A stretch of DNA of 64,000 bases, taken from contig JBGPIA010000015.1 in assembly GCA_041484665.1 (NCBI GenBank), positions 57,642 to 121,641 on the forward strand, in the 5' to 3' direction. Source of the DNA: Candidatus Krumholzibacteriia bacterium. GTDB lineage: Bacteria; Krumholzibacteriota; Krumholzibacteriia; JAJRXK01. Each line of letters starts with the position of its first letter. Position 1 is the stretch's first letter. The translations under genes were made by a program, and so were the position numbers. The notes under the pieces are model-generated. The model was not told the DNA's origin and ran no database searches. It saw only the letters and a program-made list of their open reading frames with translations. Of the stretch, positions 49,007-59,219 are shown one piece after another.

Positions 49007-51688
49007 TCACCCGCTGGACACCAGCCGCTTGATCACCACCAGCGTGATGTCGTCGGACTGTGGGATGCCCGCGGTGTGCTGCGCCACCGCGGCGAGGATC
49101 GCCTCCTGGATCTGTTGCGCCGAGCGATCCCGGTGGGTCTCGATCACCGCGATCAGGCGCTCCTCCTCGAAGAAGTTGGCGTGCGGGTCGGGGGCATCGT
49201 CGTCGGCCGCCGCGGTGCCGGCGCCGTCCGCTGCGTGGCTGGCGACGGCTGCGGCGTGGCCGGTGGCGGCGGCTTGACCGGCGGCCCCGGTGGCAGCTGC
49301 GGCTTGGGCGGCAGCCCCGGAACCGGCCGGCAGCGGCGGACCGATCGCCTCGGGGATGCCGTCGGTATAGAGCACGAGCACGTCGCCCGGGAGCAGCGCC
49401 GCTGTCTCCTCCTCGTAGGAAACACCCGGGAACATCCCCAGGAGCAGCCCGCCGGCCGACAGCCGCTGGATCGAGCCGTCGGCGCGGAACAGCAGCGGGG
49501 GATCGTGCCCGGCGTTGCTGGCGGTGATCTCTCCGGTGGTGCGGTCCAGCACGCCATAGAAGAAGGTGGCGAACATCTCGGCGTCGGTGGAGTTGACCAG
49601 CAGGTTGTTGACGCGCCGGACCACCTCGCCCACGCCGCTGGGGTGGATCACCTGTCCCTGCAGGCACGCCTGCAGGTTCGCCATGAGCAGCGCCGCCGGG
49701 ATGCCCTTTCCCGAAACGTCCCCGATCGCCACGCCCAGCCGGTTGCCCGGCAGCTCGATGAAGTCGAAGTAGTCGCCGCCCACCTTGCGGCTGGGGACGC
49801 TGGTGCCGGCGATCTCGAAACCGGCCACCCGCGGCATGGCAGCCGGCAGCAGCCGCTGCTGGATCTGGCGGGCGGTACCGATCTCGCGCTCGAGCAGCTC
49901 GCGCGCCACCGTCTCCTCGCGTCCACGGCGCACGGCAGCCGTCATCTCGTTGAACGAATCGGCCAGGTCGCCGAACTCGTCCTCGTTGGGGATGTCGATC
50001 TGGGTGTCGAGGTCCCCGCGCGCCAGACGCAACGTCCCATCGTGCAGCGCGTGCGTGGCCGAGGTGATCCCGGTCGTGATGCGGATGCCGAAGAACAGCG
50101 CCAGCCCCTCCAGCACCAGGAAGATGGTCGCGAGCGTGCCCAGCAGGACGAGGATCGCGCGGTTGATCTCGTTCTCGCCCTTGCTGAACTCCTCCCAGAG
50201 ATCGACTGGGCGCGTCTTGAGCGTGAGCAGGACGTTGTCGGGCACCAGGCGAGTGCCCGCCAGGCGGTAGGTCGGGAGCGCGGCGGCTCCGAAGTAGAGG
50301 TCGCGCCGCCACAACGACGACACGCGTGCGGCGGGTGTGGCGGCCGCTGCGGCAGGCGCTGCGACACCCGACGAGTCGGCGGATGCTGGGGGCGGGTGCG
50401 CGCGACCTTTCACCATCGTGCGCGCGCCCGTGGTGTCGTTGATGCTGATCTGGACGCCCTCGTTCCCTCTCTTGTCCGTTCCCCCGGAGTGGATGCTGGT
50501 CCCACCCACCAGCGCCGTATCGCGCTGCAGGATGCGGGCGAGGCGGTCCATGAACGGCGGCTCGATCCGGTGGCCGCTGATGCGGGCCCGCGGCGTGCCG
50601 GCGCTGTGCAGCCGCAGCGCCCATGCCTCCCCCTCGACCTCGAAGAGCGCGGTGGTGTCGGGGAGGCTCGCGCGCTCCGCGTCACTCCCGGCGGCACGCG
50701 CCGCGACTGCGGCATTGAGGCGGTCGATCCATGCCGGAGGCGCCTGCACGCCGGAGGCCGCGACGGTGAGGGCGGCCGCTGCGGCGCCCCGGGCCGCCGC
50801 GGCGCGGCCCACGCCCAGCGCGGCACTGCGTCCGCCCGCGGCGGTGCTGCCCCCACCCACCACGGCACTGCCGCCGCCCGGCGGCGCGGCCGCGTACACG
50901 AACCCATCCCCGAACAGCGACGCACCGATCTCCTCGTGCTGTCCCAGCAACTTGAGCCAGTCCAGGACCGTGGCGCGGCCGCGGGAGGCCAGGCTCGCGC
51001 CGAGAACGCTGTAGAAGGCGACTGCGCCCAGCGTCAGGAGCAGAACCAACGGGATGATGGCGATGAAGAGCGCGGCCGCGGCCAGCTTGGGCTTGAGCCG
51101 CAAGAAATGCAGGCGCATCCGGAAGAAGATGTAGTCCAGCGTGAAGATCCAGAAGATGCGCAACGAGATGATCGCATAGCGAGCCAGGCTCTGACCCAGC
51201 CCCGTGAACCAGGACGGGTTCTCGATCTTGGAGTAGCCGGGGAAGAGCAGCGCGAGCGCGACGATCCCCACACAGAAGAGCTTCGCGCGGCGGGCCGACG
51301 AGAGGTGGCGGTAGGGATTGTAGCTGCGCAACGTCAGGAAGATTGCCGCGCCCGCGATGGCAAGGCCCAGGCCCGGGCCGTGCGCTCCGCCCGCGAGCGT
51401 CGGCAGCACGCTGACCAAGAGCCAGATCCGCCAGAAGCGCCGCCAGCGTGTGTCCAGGAGCAGCATACGCACGGCCGCCACCCACGACGTGAGCGCCGCG
51501 GCCGCGACCAGCCACACCGCAAACATCGCGTGCGTCCCGAGCACCGCTTTGACGGCAGCAGCGATCACCCCGGCCGTGACGGTGATCCAACACAGGCGCC
51601 ACACCGGCTCGTCCAGGGGATCCGCGCGGCGCTGGCGGGCGATGGGCAGGGGAGCAAGCATGGAGTCGCCCGGGCCGCGGGCCGTCAT
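49007..51688 (-). CDS. Membrane PP2C/SpoIIE (RsbU-like) phosphatase with HAMP domain
   Basis: Multiple TM helices, HAMP DEFGDLADSFNEM, VGGDYFD, GDVSGKG, NAGH, YTDG and QSDDIT. Start 51688 or 51661. Confidence 0.92.
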   Translation of the reverse strand: MTARGPGDSMLAPLPIARQRRADPLDEPVWRLCWITVTAGVIAAAVKAVLGTHAMFAVWLVAAAALTSWVAAVRMLLLDTRWRRFWRIWLLVSVLPTLAGGAHGPGLGLAIAGAAIFLTLRSYNPYRHLSSARRAKLFCVGIVALALLFPGYSKIENPSWFTGLGQSLARYAIISLRIFWIFTLDYIFFRMRLHFLRLKPKLAAAALFIAIIPLVLLLTLGAVAFYSVLGASLASRGRATVLDWLKLLGQHEEIGASLFGDGFVYAAAPPGGGSAVVGGGSTAAGGRSAALGVGRAAAARGAAAAALTVAASGVQAPPAWIDRLNAAVAARAAGSDAERASLPDTTALFEVEGEAWALRLHSAGTPRARISGHRIEPPFMDRLARILQRDTALVGGTSIHSGGTDKRGNEGVQISINDTTGARTMVKGRAHPPPASADSSGVAAPAAAAATPAARVSSLWRRDLYFGAAALPTYRLAGTRLVPDNVLLTLKTRPVDLWEEFSKGENEINRAILVLLGTLATIFLVLEGLALFFGIRITTGITSATHALHDGTLRLARGDLDTQIDIPNEDEFGDLADSFNEMTAAVRRGREETVARELLEREIGTARQIQQRLLPAAMPRVAGFEIAGTSVPSRKVGGDYFDFIELPGNRLGVAIGDVSGKGIPAALLMANLQACLQGQVIHPSGVGEVVRRVNNLLVNSTDAEMFATFFYGVLDRTTGEITASNAGHDPPLLFRADGSIQRLSAGGLLLGMFPGVSYEEETAALLPGDVLVLYTDGIPEAIGPPLPAGSGAAAQAAAATGAAGQAAATGHAAAVASHAADGAGTAAADDDAPDPHANFFEEERLIAVIETHRDRSAQQIQEAILAAVAQHTAGIPQSDDITLVVIKRLVSSG

Positions 51689-52105
51689 GGGAGGCGCGAA
51701 GCCTCCGGCCGGCACGGCAGCGGACGACACGGAGCGGGCCGGCGTCGACGCGGGAGCTGGCCGATGCAGGGCGGGTAGACGCACGGGATTGGAACCTGTG
51801 AGGTCGCGGGACGCGCGGCGCAGCGCCACGCACGCCTGCGTGGGCCACCGGCGGCTCCACGAAGGGAGAGCGATGATACGGGAGGCCCCACAGCCGCGGA
51901 AGGAAGAACCGCTGGGAAGAACCGCCGGGATGGTCGACGCGCGACGCGGACGCATCGCCGTAGCGTGAACGAGGTGGGGTGAGACCGGGCTCGTGGGCCA
52001 CGCGTCGCTGCGCTATGCTCGCTCGCACCCGTCGGCACGAGCGCAGCGGGGCGAGCCGTCCTTGCGCACGCCCGCCGCGCCGAACCCGGCCGCAGGAGAC
52101 CACGC

Positions 52106-53335
52106 ATGCCGGCCCATGACGATCGTCCTTCGCCGCAATTGCCCGCCATCGACCCCGATGTCTCGGCGGCGCAGACGCTCCCCGGCCGCTTCTACGGTGA
52201 CCCGGCGATGTTCGCGCTGCAGCGCGATCGCGTGTTCGCGCGATCCTGGCAGCTCGTCGGCGATGCCGGGCAGCTGGCGGCGGGGGAGCCAGCAGGGGCG
52301 GGCGGCGCGGGGGCAGCGGCGGGCGGCGCGGGAGCCGCACCGGGGAGCGCGCCGCCGAGCGCACCGGCCGCCGACCGTCAGGGTTTCGCGCACCCCTTCA
52401 CCCTGCTGGAAGGCTGCCTCGATGAGCCGCTGCTGCTCACGCGCGACCGCGACAGCGCGCTCCACTGCCTCTCCAATGTCTGCACGCACCGCGGCAACCT
52501 GGTCGTGAACGAGCCCAGCGCAGCGCGGGCGCTGCGCTGCCGCTACCACGGCCGCCGCTTCGAGCTGGACGGGCGCCACCTGGCCAGCCCCCACTTTGAG
52601 GGCGCCCAGCGCTTTCCCTCCCCCACCGACGACCTGCCGCGCGTGCCGTTGGGGCAATGGGGTCCGCTGCTGTTCGCGAGTCTCGATCCGGCCGTTGCGT
52701 TCGAGGCGTGGAGCGAGCCACTGCGTACGTGGATGAGCGTGTTGCCCCCCCAGCAGCTGAGCTTCGATCCGACAACCTCACGCGACTACGAGGTCCGCGC
52801 CAACTGGGCGCTGTACTGCGACAACTATATGGAGGGGTTCCACATCCCCTTCGTGCATCCGGAGCTGGCCGCGGCGCTCGACTGGCGTGGCTATCGCACG
52901 GAGCTGTTGCCGCTGGGCACGCTGCAGATCGGGGTCGCGGCCGCAGACGAGCCCGCCTTCGATCTGCCCGCCGCGCACCCGCACCGCGGCCAGAGTATCG
53001 CCGCGTACTATCTGTGGCTGTTCCCCAACCTCATGCTCAACCTCTATCCGTGGGGGCTGTCGATCAACGTCGTGCGCCCGTTGGCCGTGGACCGCACGCG
53101 CATTTCCTTCCGATCGTACGTGGCCGACCCCACGCGCCGCGGGCAGGGGGCGGGCGGCGATCTGCACCAGGTCGAGCTGCAGGACGAGACGGTCGTCGAG
53201 AGCGTGCAGCGGGGCGTCCGCTCACGCCTGTATCACCGCGGGCGCTACGCGCCGTCGCAGGAGGCAGGCGTGCACCACTTCCACCGCTTGCTGCTCGCCG
53301 CGATGGGCAGCGAGCCGTCCCCGCGCAAGGAATAG
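52106..53335 (+). CDS. Rieske non-heme iron oxygenase alpha subunit (choline monooxygenase-like)
   Basis: Rieske motif NVCTHRG...CRYHG and mononuclear iron site DNYMEGFHIPFVH. Confidence 0.9.
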   Translation: MPAHDDRPSPQLPAIDPDVSAAQTLPGRFYGDPAMFALQRDRVFARSWQLVGDAGQLAAGEPAGAGGAGAAAGGAGAAPGSAPPSAPAADRQGFAHPFTLLEGCLDEPLLLTRDRDSALHCLSNVCTHRGNLVVNEPSAARALRCRYHGRRFELDGRHLASPHFEGAQRFPSPTDDLPRVPLGQWGPLLFASLDPAVAFEAWSEPLRTWMSVLPPQQLSFDPTTSRDYEVRANWALYCDNYMEGFHIPFVHPELAAALDWRGYRTELLPLGTLQIGVAAADEPAFDLPAAHPHRGQSIAAYYLWLFPNLMLNLYPWGLSINVVRPLAVDRTRISFRSYVADPTRRGQGAGGDLHQVELQDETVVESVQRGVRSRLYHRGRYAPSQEAGVHHFHRLLLAAMGSEPSPRKE

Positions 53336-53353
53336 CCGCGCGTCGCGAAACCC

Positions 53354-55513
53354 ATGCGCGTCGCCACGCGATTCTCCTGGCGCGAGCTGCGCATCCCGCT
53401 GCTGCTGTTTGCGGTCGCGCTGACGATCCGTCTGGCGTACTTCGCCGAGTTCCGGCCCTCGCCCATCCACCAAGTCCCCATCTACGACGCGCAGTTCTAC
53501 GACGAGATGGCGCGCGCCCTCGCCACCGGCGGCCGCTTCACGGGCAGCAGCCAGGCCTATTTCTTCGGCCCGCTGTATCCGTTCTTCCTGAGCGTGGTCT
53601 ACCTGCTGACCGGGTGCAGCCGGGACGCCGCCTCGCTACTGCAGCTCGTACTGGGCGCCGTGCAGGTCGCCTTGGTCTACGTGCTCGCGCGGCGCAGCCT
53701 CCCCACCTGGGCCAGCGCCGCCGCCGCGTTGTTGGTGGCCGGCTGCGGCGTGTCGGTGTTCTACGAGGGGCTCCTGCTGATGGAGTGGCTGCTGGCGCTC
53801 TTGTCCGTGGTGTTGCTGCTACTGGTCGGCCGCGGGCCGCGTGAATGGAGTGCGCGCTGCGCGTTCGTGGTGGGCGCGGTCGTCGGCCTGAGCGCGCTCG
53901 GGCGCCCGGCATTGCTGCTCTTGGCGCCGGCGCTCGCCGGCTGGGCGGTGCTAGCGGGCCGGGAGCCATCCGCGACGGGCGGCACGTCTGGCACCGGCGG
54001 CCGCGCGGCGATCGCCGGCAGCGCAGCGGGCGGCGGTGGCGCGGCCGTCGGAAGCCGCGCAGCGGTCGGCGGGCGCGCAGCGGTCGCCGGTGGCGCAGTG
54101 GTCGCCGGACGGCGCTGGATGGCGGCGGCATTGGTGCTGGCTGGATACGCGCTCGCGATCCTGCCCGTGACCCTGCGCAACGCACGCGCAGAGCACGACT
54201 TCGTGCCAATCACCTGCAGCGGCGGATTCAATCTATGGGTGGGCAACGGCGAGGGCGCCAACGGCGTGTGGGGTGTGAAGGCCAGCGATCTGGCCGAGCG
54301 CGACCACACCGGGCGCGAGTACGCCGCGCGGGTGCTCGGCCGCCCGCCGCGATCCTCGGAAGTGTCGCAGCTGTGGGCGCAGCGCACGCTGCGCTACGTG
54401 GGCAGCCACCCCGGGGACACCGCTCTGCTGCTGCTGCGCAAGCTGCAGCTCTACTGGAACCGGCAGGACATGGCCCAGATCGAGTGGTTCGAGCACGAGC
54501 GGCAGGAGTTCGCCGTGCTGCGCGCCCTGCCGCAGGGCTTTTCGTTGCTCTCCCCGCTGGCCCTGCTGGGGATGGTCGTGGGCTGGAGGCGCCGGCACGA
54601 GCTGGCTGCGCTCTATCTGTTCGTGGCGGTCTCGGTGCTCTCCATTTGCCTGTTCTTCATCACCGACCGCTACCGCGTGCAGATGATCCCGGCGGCCGCC
54701 ATCTTCGCAGGGCACCTGCTGCACTGGGTCGTCAGCAGCGTGCGCGCGCACCGCTGGCGCTCGCTGGGGCTGGCCGCAGCGGCGATGGCGGCCACGCTTT
54801 GGGCGACGTCGCCGGCCCGCGCGCGCCTGGACCCGCGCCTGCTGCTGGCAACCCAGCTCCTGCACGAGGGCTTCCGGCTGGACCAGACCGGCAGCCCCGA
54901 GCTGGCGACGCTCAAGCTGCAGGAGGCGACACGGCTCGCTCCCGATGAGCCCAGCACCCACCTGCAGCTGGGGATCCACCTGCGCGAGCGCGACCAGACC
55001 GGGCCCGCGCTTGCGGTGTTGCGCCGCGCGCAGCAGCTCGAGCCCGACAATGCCAACGTCCCCTACCAGATCGCAGTCACGCTGTACAAGGCCAAGCGAC
55101 CGCAGGAGTGTCTCGCCGCCCTGGACAGCTGCCTGGCGCTGGATCCGCTGTACGCGGCGGCCTACGATCACCGCGGGCTGGCGTTGGCGGCGCTGGGGCA
55201 GGACGCGGCCGCCGAGGCGAGCTTCCGCCGCAGTATCGAGCTGAATCCCGACCGTGCCGCCGTCTACAACAACCTGGGCACGTTCCAGGGCAGGCGTGGC
55301 GACAATGCCGCGGCCGCGGAGAGCTTTCGCCGGGCGCTGCGGGTCGAGCGCGGTTATGTGCCCGCGCGGCGCAATCTCGCTCTCGCCTATGCCGCGCTGG
55401 GCCAGATCGACGCGGCGCGGCAGGAGGCGCAGCGGGTCCTGCAGGGCGAGCCCAACGACCGGGTGATGCGCCAACTCATAGACGCGCTGGAGCGGGCGCG
55501 CCCCCCGCGCTAA
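53354..55513 (+). CDS. GT-C (ArnT/PMT-like) glycosyltransferase with C-terminal TPR repeats
   Basis: DAQFYD, PLYPFFL, many TM helices, GFNLWVGN, DRYR and TPR motifs (YNNLG, NLALAY). Confidence 0.85.
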   Translation: MRVATRFSWRELRIPLLLFAVALTIRLAYFAEFRPSPIHQVPIYDAQFYDEMARALATGGRFTGSSQAYFFGPLYPFFLSVVYLLTGCSRDAASLLQLVLGAVQVALVYVLARRSLPTWASAAAALLVAGCGVSVFYEGLLLMEWLLALLSVVLLLLVGRGPREWSARCAFVVGAVVGLSALGRPALLLLAPALAGWAVLAGREPSATGGTSGTGGRAAIAGSAAGGGGAAVGSRAAVGGRAAVAGGAVVAGRRWMAAALVLAGYALAILPVTLRNARAEHDFVPITCSGGFNLWVGNGEGANGVWGVKASDLAERDHTGREYAARVLGRPPRSSEVSQLWAQRTLRYVGSHPGDTALLLLRKLQLYWNRQDMAQIEWFEHERQEFAVLRALPQGFSLLSPLALLGMVVGWRRRHELAALYLFVAVSVLSICLFFITDRYRVQMIPAAAIFAGHLLHWVVSSVRAHRWRSLGLAAAAMAATLWATSPARARLDPRLLLATQLLHEGFRLDQTGSPELATLKLQEATRLAPDEPSTHLQLGIHLRERDQTGPALAVLRRAQQLEPDNANVPYQIAVTLYKAKRPQECLAALDSCLALDPLYAAAYDHRGLALAALGQDAAAEASFRRSIELNPDRAAVYNNLGTFQGRRGDNAAAAESFRRALRVERGYVPARRNLALAYAALGQIDAARQEAQRVLQGEPNDRVMRQLIDALERARPPR

Positions 55514-55543
55514 CGCAGGCTGCACCGTTACGCGGCGGCCAGG

Positions 55544-57121
55544 TTACTGCGCGTAACCCAGCGCCTTGAGCGCCTGCTCCATTTCAGGGGTGATCTCGCC
55601 AGCCGCGGCAACCGGCGGAGCGTCCAGCAGCACGCGGTCGTTCCAGCTCGAGAGCGCTGCGCGCAGGGGACTGAGGCTGTCGGCCGGCGCGGCGGTGAGC
55701 AGATCGCGTCGCTCGCGCGGGTCGGCGGCCACGTCGAATCCCCACAGCGACCGCCCGATGCGCTCGGCGATCAGCTTGTGCTGGCCGTCGCACCAGCCGA
55801 TCAGGTCCGGCCCGTAGGCGATCCCCTCCACGGCGCCGGGGATGGGCGCGCGGTGCGGATCGGCCAACCACTCCCGGCGATCCAGACCATCCATGCCATC
55901 GGGCGCTGGGACTTCCAGCATCCCCAGCAACGTCGGCATCAGCTCGGTCAGCGGAAACTGCTGCGGGATGACGCGGCCGGCGGTGGTGACCTGCTCGAGG
56001 CCGGCCCCAAAGAAGATCAACGGCACGTGCACCAGCTCGTCGAACAGGCTGTGTCCGTGGCCGATCCCCCAGATCCCCCGTGGGTCGAAGCCGCGCGCAC
56101 GCTCCAGCTCGGCGTGGTCGAGGAACTCCTCGCCGTGGTCGCTGACCACCACCACGAGCGTGTTCTCCAGCAGCCCCTCGTGCTGCAGCTGGGCCACGAT
56201 CTGTCCGATCTCGACGTCGACGCGCAGCACCGACGCGTCGTACAGCGCGCGCTTGGTGCGCAACAGCGGTGCCGCGGCCTCCGCGCTGAGCTTGCGCCCC
56301 AGATAGGTCGGATCGTCCGGCTCCCCACCCCAACGCGTCAGCGCCTTACGGTTCGGATCGCGCAGCGCGTCCGCCTCGCCGATGGCCTTCACGAATGCGC
56401 TCGGAGGATCGGTCGGCTCGTGCGGATCGTTGAAGTGCACGAACAGATAGAAGGGGCGATCGCGATCCTGCTGCGCGATCCACATGCGAGCGAGCGTCCC
56501 GATGCGGTCGGCGCGCAGGAACTTGCACGAGAATTCGGCAAAGCCACGCTGCGTTCCGAACAGCAGGTAGGGATTGCTGGCGATGCCGCAGGTGCGATAG
56601 CCGGCCTTGGCCAGCACCTCCGCGAGCGTCGGGATCCCCGGGGCGATCGTGCGCGGCACGCCCTCGGCGCCCACCGCCAGATTGCGCAGCGGGCCCTGCA
56701 GCCCCGCGCCGTGGCGCGTGGGGTAGCGGCCGGTGAACATCGTGGCGAACGACGGCGTGGTCCACGGCGAGTTGGACAGCGCTCGCTCGAAACGCAACCC
56801 CGCTCGCGCGAGGCGGTCGATGGAGGGGCTGACCGGCCTCTCGTACCCGTAGCAGCCGAGGTGGTCGGCGCGCAGCGTGTCGATGGCCAGGATCAACAGG
56901 TTGGGATGGCGGGCGGGCTGCCCGTGGTCGCCCGGCCCGCCTGGTTGTGCGGGTGGTGTGGGTTGTGGCGTTGTTGCGGGGTGTGGCGATTGTGCGGGTT
57001 GTGCCGGCTGTGCGGGCAGTGCCGATTGCACCGATTGCGCCCGGGCCGCCGGTCCCGACCCGCCCAGCGTCAGCAGCGCCGGCAGCGCCAGCAGCCCCAG
57101 CGCGAGCAGCGTCGATCTCAC
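55544..57121 (-). CDS. Secreted sulfatase-like (alkaline phosphatase superfamily) enzyme
   Basis: IDTLRADHL, SPWTTPS..TMFTG, HFNDPH, SDHGEEF, GHGHSL and LKALGY. GTG start overlaps the punA stop. Confidence 0.88.
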   Translation of the reverse strand: MRSTLLALGLLALPALLTLGGSGPAARAQSVQSALPAQPAQPAQSPHPATTPQPTPPAQPGGPGDHGQPARHPNLLILAIDTLRADHLGCYGYERPVSPSIDRLARAGLRFERALSNSPWTTPSFATMFTGRYPTRHGAGLQGPLRNLAVGAEGVPRTIAPGIPTLAEVLAKAGYRTCGIASNPYLLFGTQRGFAEFSCKFLRADRIGTLARMWIAQQDRDRPFYLFVHFNDPHEPTDPPSAFVKAIGEADALRDPNRKALTRWGGEPDDPTYLGRKLSAEAAAPLLRTKRALYDASVLRVDVEIGQIVAQLQHEGLLENTLVVVVSDHGEEFLDHAELERARGFDPRGIWGIGHGHSLFDELVHVPLIFFGAGLEQVTTAGRVIPQQFPLTELMPTLLGMLEVPAPDGMDGLDRREWLADPHRAPIPGAVEGIAYGPDLIGWCDGQHKLIAERIGRSLWGFDVAADPRERRDLLTAAPADSLSPLRAALSSWNDRVLLDAPPVAAAGEITPEMEQALKALGYAQ

Positions 57122-58122
57122 AGTCCCGATCCGCCGAGCGAACGCACGAACGCCACCAGCAGCTTTGCCAACCGCTCGCGCGCGGCCTGCCCGATCTCGA
57201 TGACCTCGTCGTGGGTGAGTGGAACGCCCGGGACCTCGCGGGCCACGTTGGTGACGCACGAGACGCCCGCCACCCGCGCGCCCATGCGGTGCGCGAAGGC
57301 CGCCTCGGGGCCGGTCGACATCCCCACCGCCTGCGCGCCCATCCGGCGCAAGAACGCGATCTCGCCCAGCGTCTCGTAGGCCGGGCCCCATAGCGAGGCG
57401 TACACGCCGGCGCCCACCACGATCCCCTCGCGCGCGCCGGTCTCCACCAGTTGGCGAGCGAGCGCGCGGTCGAAGGGCTGCGCGTGGCTGGCGGCACGCA
57501 GCGCCAGCTCGGCGGGTACGGCCGCCGAGGGCGCGCTCGTCGGGAGCACCCCTGCCGCGGGCACGCCCGTCGGGGGCACGTCAGCTGGGGGTACGCCTGT
57601 CGGGGGTACGGCCGCCGGGGGCGCGCCCTCCGAGGGTACGCCTTCGGTGGGCAGCAGCAGGCCGCGCAGCGGATCGACCCAATGCATCTCGATCAGCCCG
57701 GTGAGGGCTAGCAGATCACCGGCGCGCGCGTTGGGGTCGAGGCCGCCGGCCGCGTTGGTGAGGATCAGCGTGCGCACGCCCAGGCCCAGGAGCGTGGCGA
57801 TGGGGAAGACGACCTCCTCCATGGCCAGACCCTCGTAGGCGTGCAGCCGACCCTGCAACACGAGCACCCGTGCGCCGCCGCGCGGCAGGCGCGCCGCGAC
57901 GAGCTTGCCACCGTGGGCTGCCACCGTGACGGCGGCGAAGCCGGGCACCTCAGCAAAGGGCTTCTCGCACTGGCAGTCCAGGCGCTCCACCACGCTGCCC
58001 AGGCCGCTGCCGAGCACGATGCCGATCTGCCCGCCGTAACCCTCGGCGCTGAGCCCCTCTACGGCCGCGTCCACGCGCTCGACGTAGTCGGGGCGCAGCC
58101 TCCAGGCAACGGTGGCCGTCAT
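57118..58122 (-). CDS. punA: Purine nucleoside phosphorylase (trimeric type)
   Basis: GIVLGSGLG, QGRLHAYEG, TNAAGG, GPAYET, VGMST and VTN. Confidence 0.92.
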   Translation of the reverse strand: MTATVAWRLRPDYVERVDAAVEGLSAEGYGGQIGIVLGSGLGSVVERLDCQCEKPFAEVPGFAAVTVAAHGGKLVAARLPRGGARVLVLQGRLHAYEGLAMEEVVFPIATLLGLGVRTLILTNAAGGLDPNARAGDLLALTGLIEMHWVDPLRGLLLPTEGVPSEGAPPAAVPPTGVPPADVPPTGVPAAGVLPTSAPSAAVPAELALRAASHAQPFDRALARQLVETGAREGIVVGAGVYASLWGPAYETLGEIAFLRRMGAQAVGMSTGPEAAFAHRMGARVAGVSCVTNVAREVPGVPLTHDEVIEIGQAARERLAKLLVAFVRSLGGSGL

Positions 58123-59219
58123 GTCGTGGGCTCCAGCCCGGTCTCGTAGCGCACGGCGATGAAGCGATCGATGGCGCGGCGCAGCATGGCGACGCGCTCA
58201 CGCTGCGGCAGAAAGGCGCTCTTGAAGCCGGCCACCAGCAGGTTCTCGATCTCCACCAGCGTCAGATCGAAGGTGTCGGCGGCCAGGCGCAGCTCGTCGG
58301 TGAGAGTCGTCTGCAGAAACATACGGTTGGCGGTGTTGAGCGTGGCGCGCAGCCCGGCGCGCATGAAACGGCGCAGCGGATGGCTCTCGATGTCGGGGAC
58401 GGTGCCGGTGCGCAGGCTGCTCGTGAGACAGACCTCCAGCGGGATGCGGTGGTCGGCCACGTAGCCCAGAAGCTCCGGATCCTCCAGCAGGCGCGTGCCG
58501 TGGCCGATGCGGTGCGCGCCGAGGTAATGCAGCGCCTGGTGGATGCTCGCCGGGCCAAAGGCCTCGCCGGCGTGCACCGTGCAGTTGATGTTGTGGTTGA
58601 GGATCAGGGCAAACGCATCGCGGTGGAGCTTGGCGGGGTTGTCCAGCTCGGCGCCCGCCAGATCGAACCCGGTCACGCCGCGCCCCTTGTAGCGCACCGC
58701 CACCTCGGCCAGCTTCAGCGTATCCTCGGGCGAGCGGTGGCGGATCCCGGTGATGAGCACGCCCGTGCTGATGCCGGTCTTCTGGCGAGCGTCCGCCAGG
58801 CCCGCCAGCACCGCGTCGGTGGCCTGGTCGAGGCTGAGGCCCTCCTGCCCGTGCAGGATCGGGCTGAAGCGCAGCTCCATGTGCCAGACGTTCTCGGCGG
58901 CGCAATCCTCGGCGATCTCGCACGCCACGCGGCGCAGGGCGTCGGGCGCCTGCAGCACCGCGATCGTGCTGTCGAACAACTCGAGGTAGTCGGTCAGCGT
59001 ATGGCTGGGCCGGTGGGTGAAGAAGAGCCGCCGAGCCTCCTGCGGCGTGCCGCCGGTCAGGGGTTTGCCCTGCGCGCGGCACAGCTCCACGTAGCTGTCG
59101 AAGCGCAGGCTCCCGTCGAGGTGGACGTGCAGGTCAGTCTTGGGCAGCGCGCGCAGCAGCTCGGTGGGGATCTCGGGGCCGCGCAACAGGTCGCTGGCGA
59201 ACAGCTCGTCGTGGATCAT
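58119..59219 (-). CDS. add: Adenosine deaminase-like protein (altered active site)
   Basis: PKTDLHVHLDGS, ELRFSP, FDLAG, HAGEA and RIGHG. Has NTANR where NTD(D/N) is expected. Confidence 0.9.
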   Translation of the reverse strand: MIHDELFASDLLRGPEIPTELLRALPKTDLHVHLDGSLRFDSYVELCRAQGKPLTGGTPQEARRLFFTHRPSHTLTDYLELFDSTIAVLQAPDALRRVACEIAEDCAAENVWHMELRFSPILHGQEGLSLDQATDAVLAGLADARQKTGISTGVLITGIRHRSPEDTLKLAEVAVRYKGRGVTGFDLAGAELDNPAKLHRDAFALILNHNINCTVHAGEAFGPASIHQALHYLGAHRIGHGTRLLEDPELLGYVADHRIPLEVCLTSSLRTGTVPDIESHPLRRFMRAGLRATLNTANRMFLQTTLTDELRLAADTFDLTLVEIENLLVAGFKSAFLPQRERVAMLRRAIDRFIAVRYETGLEPTT

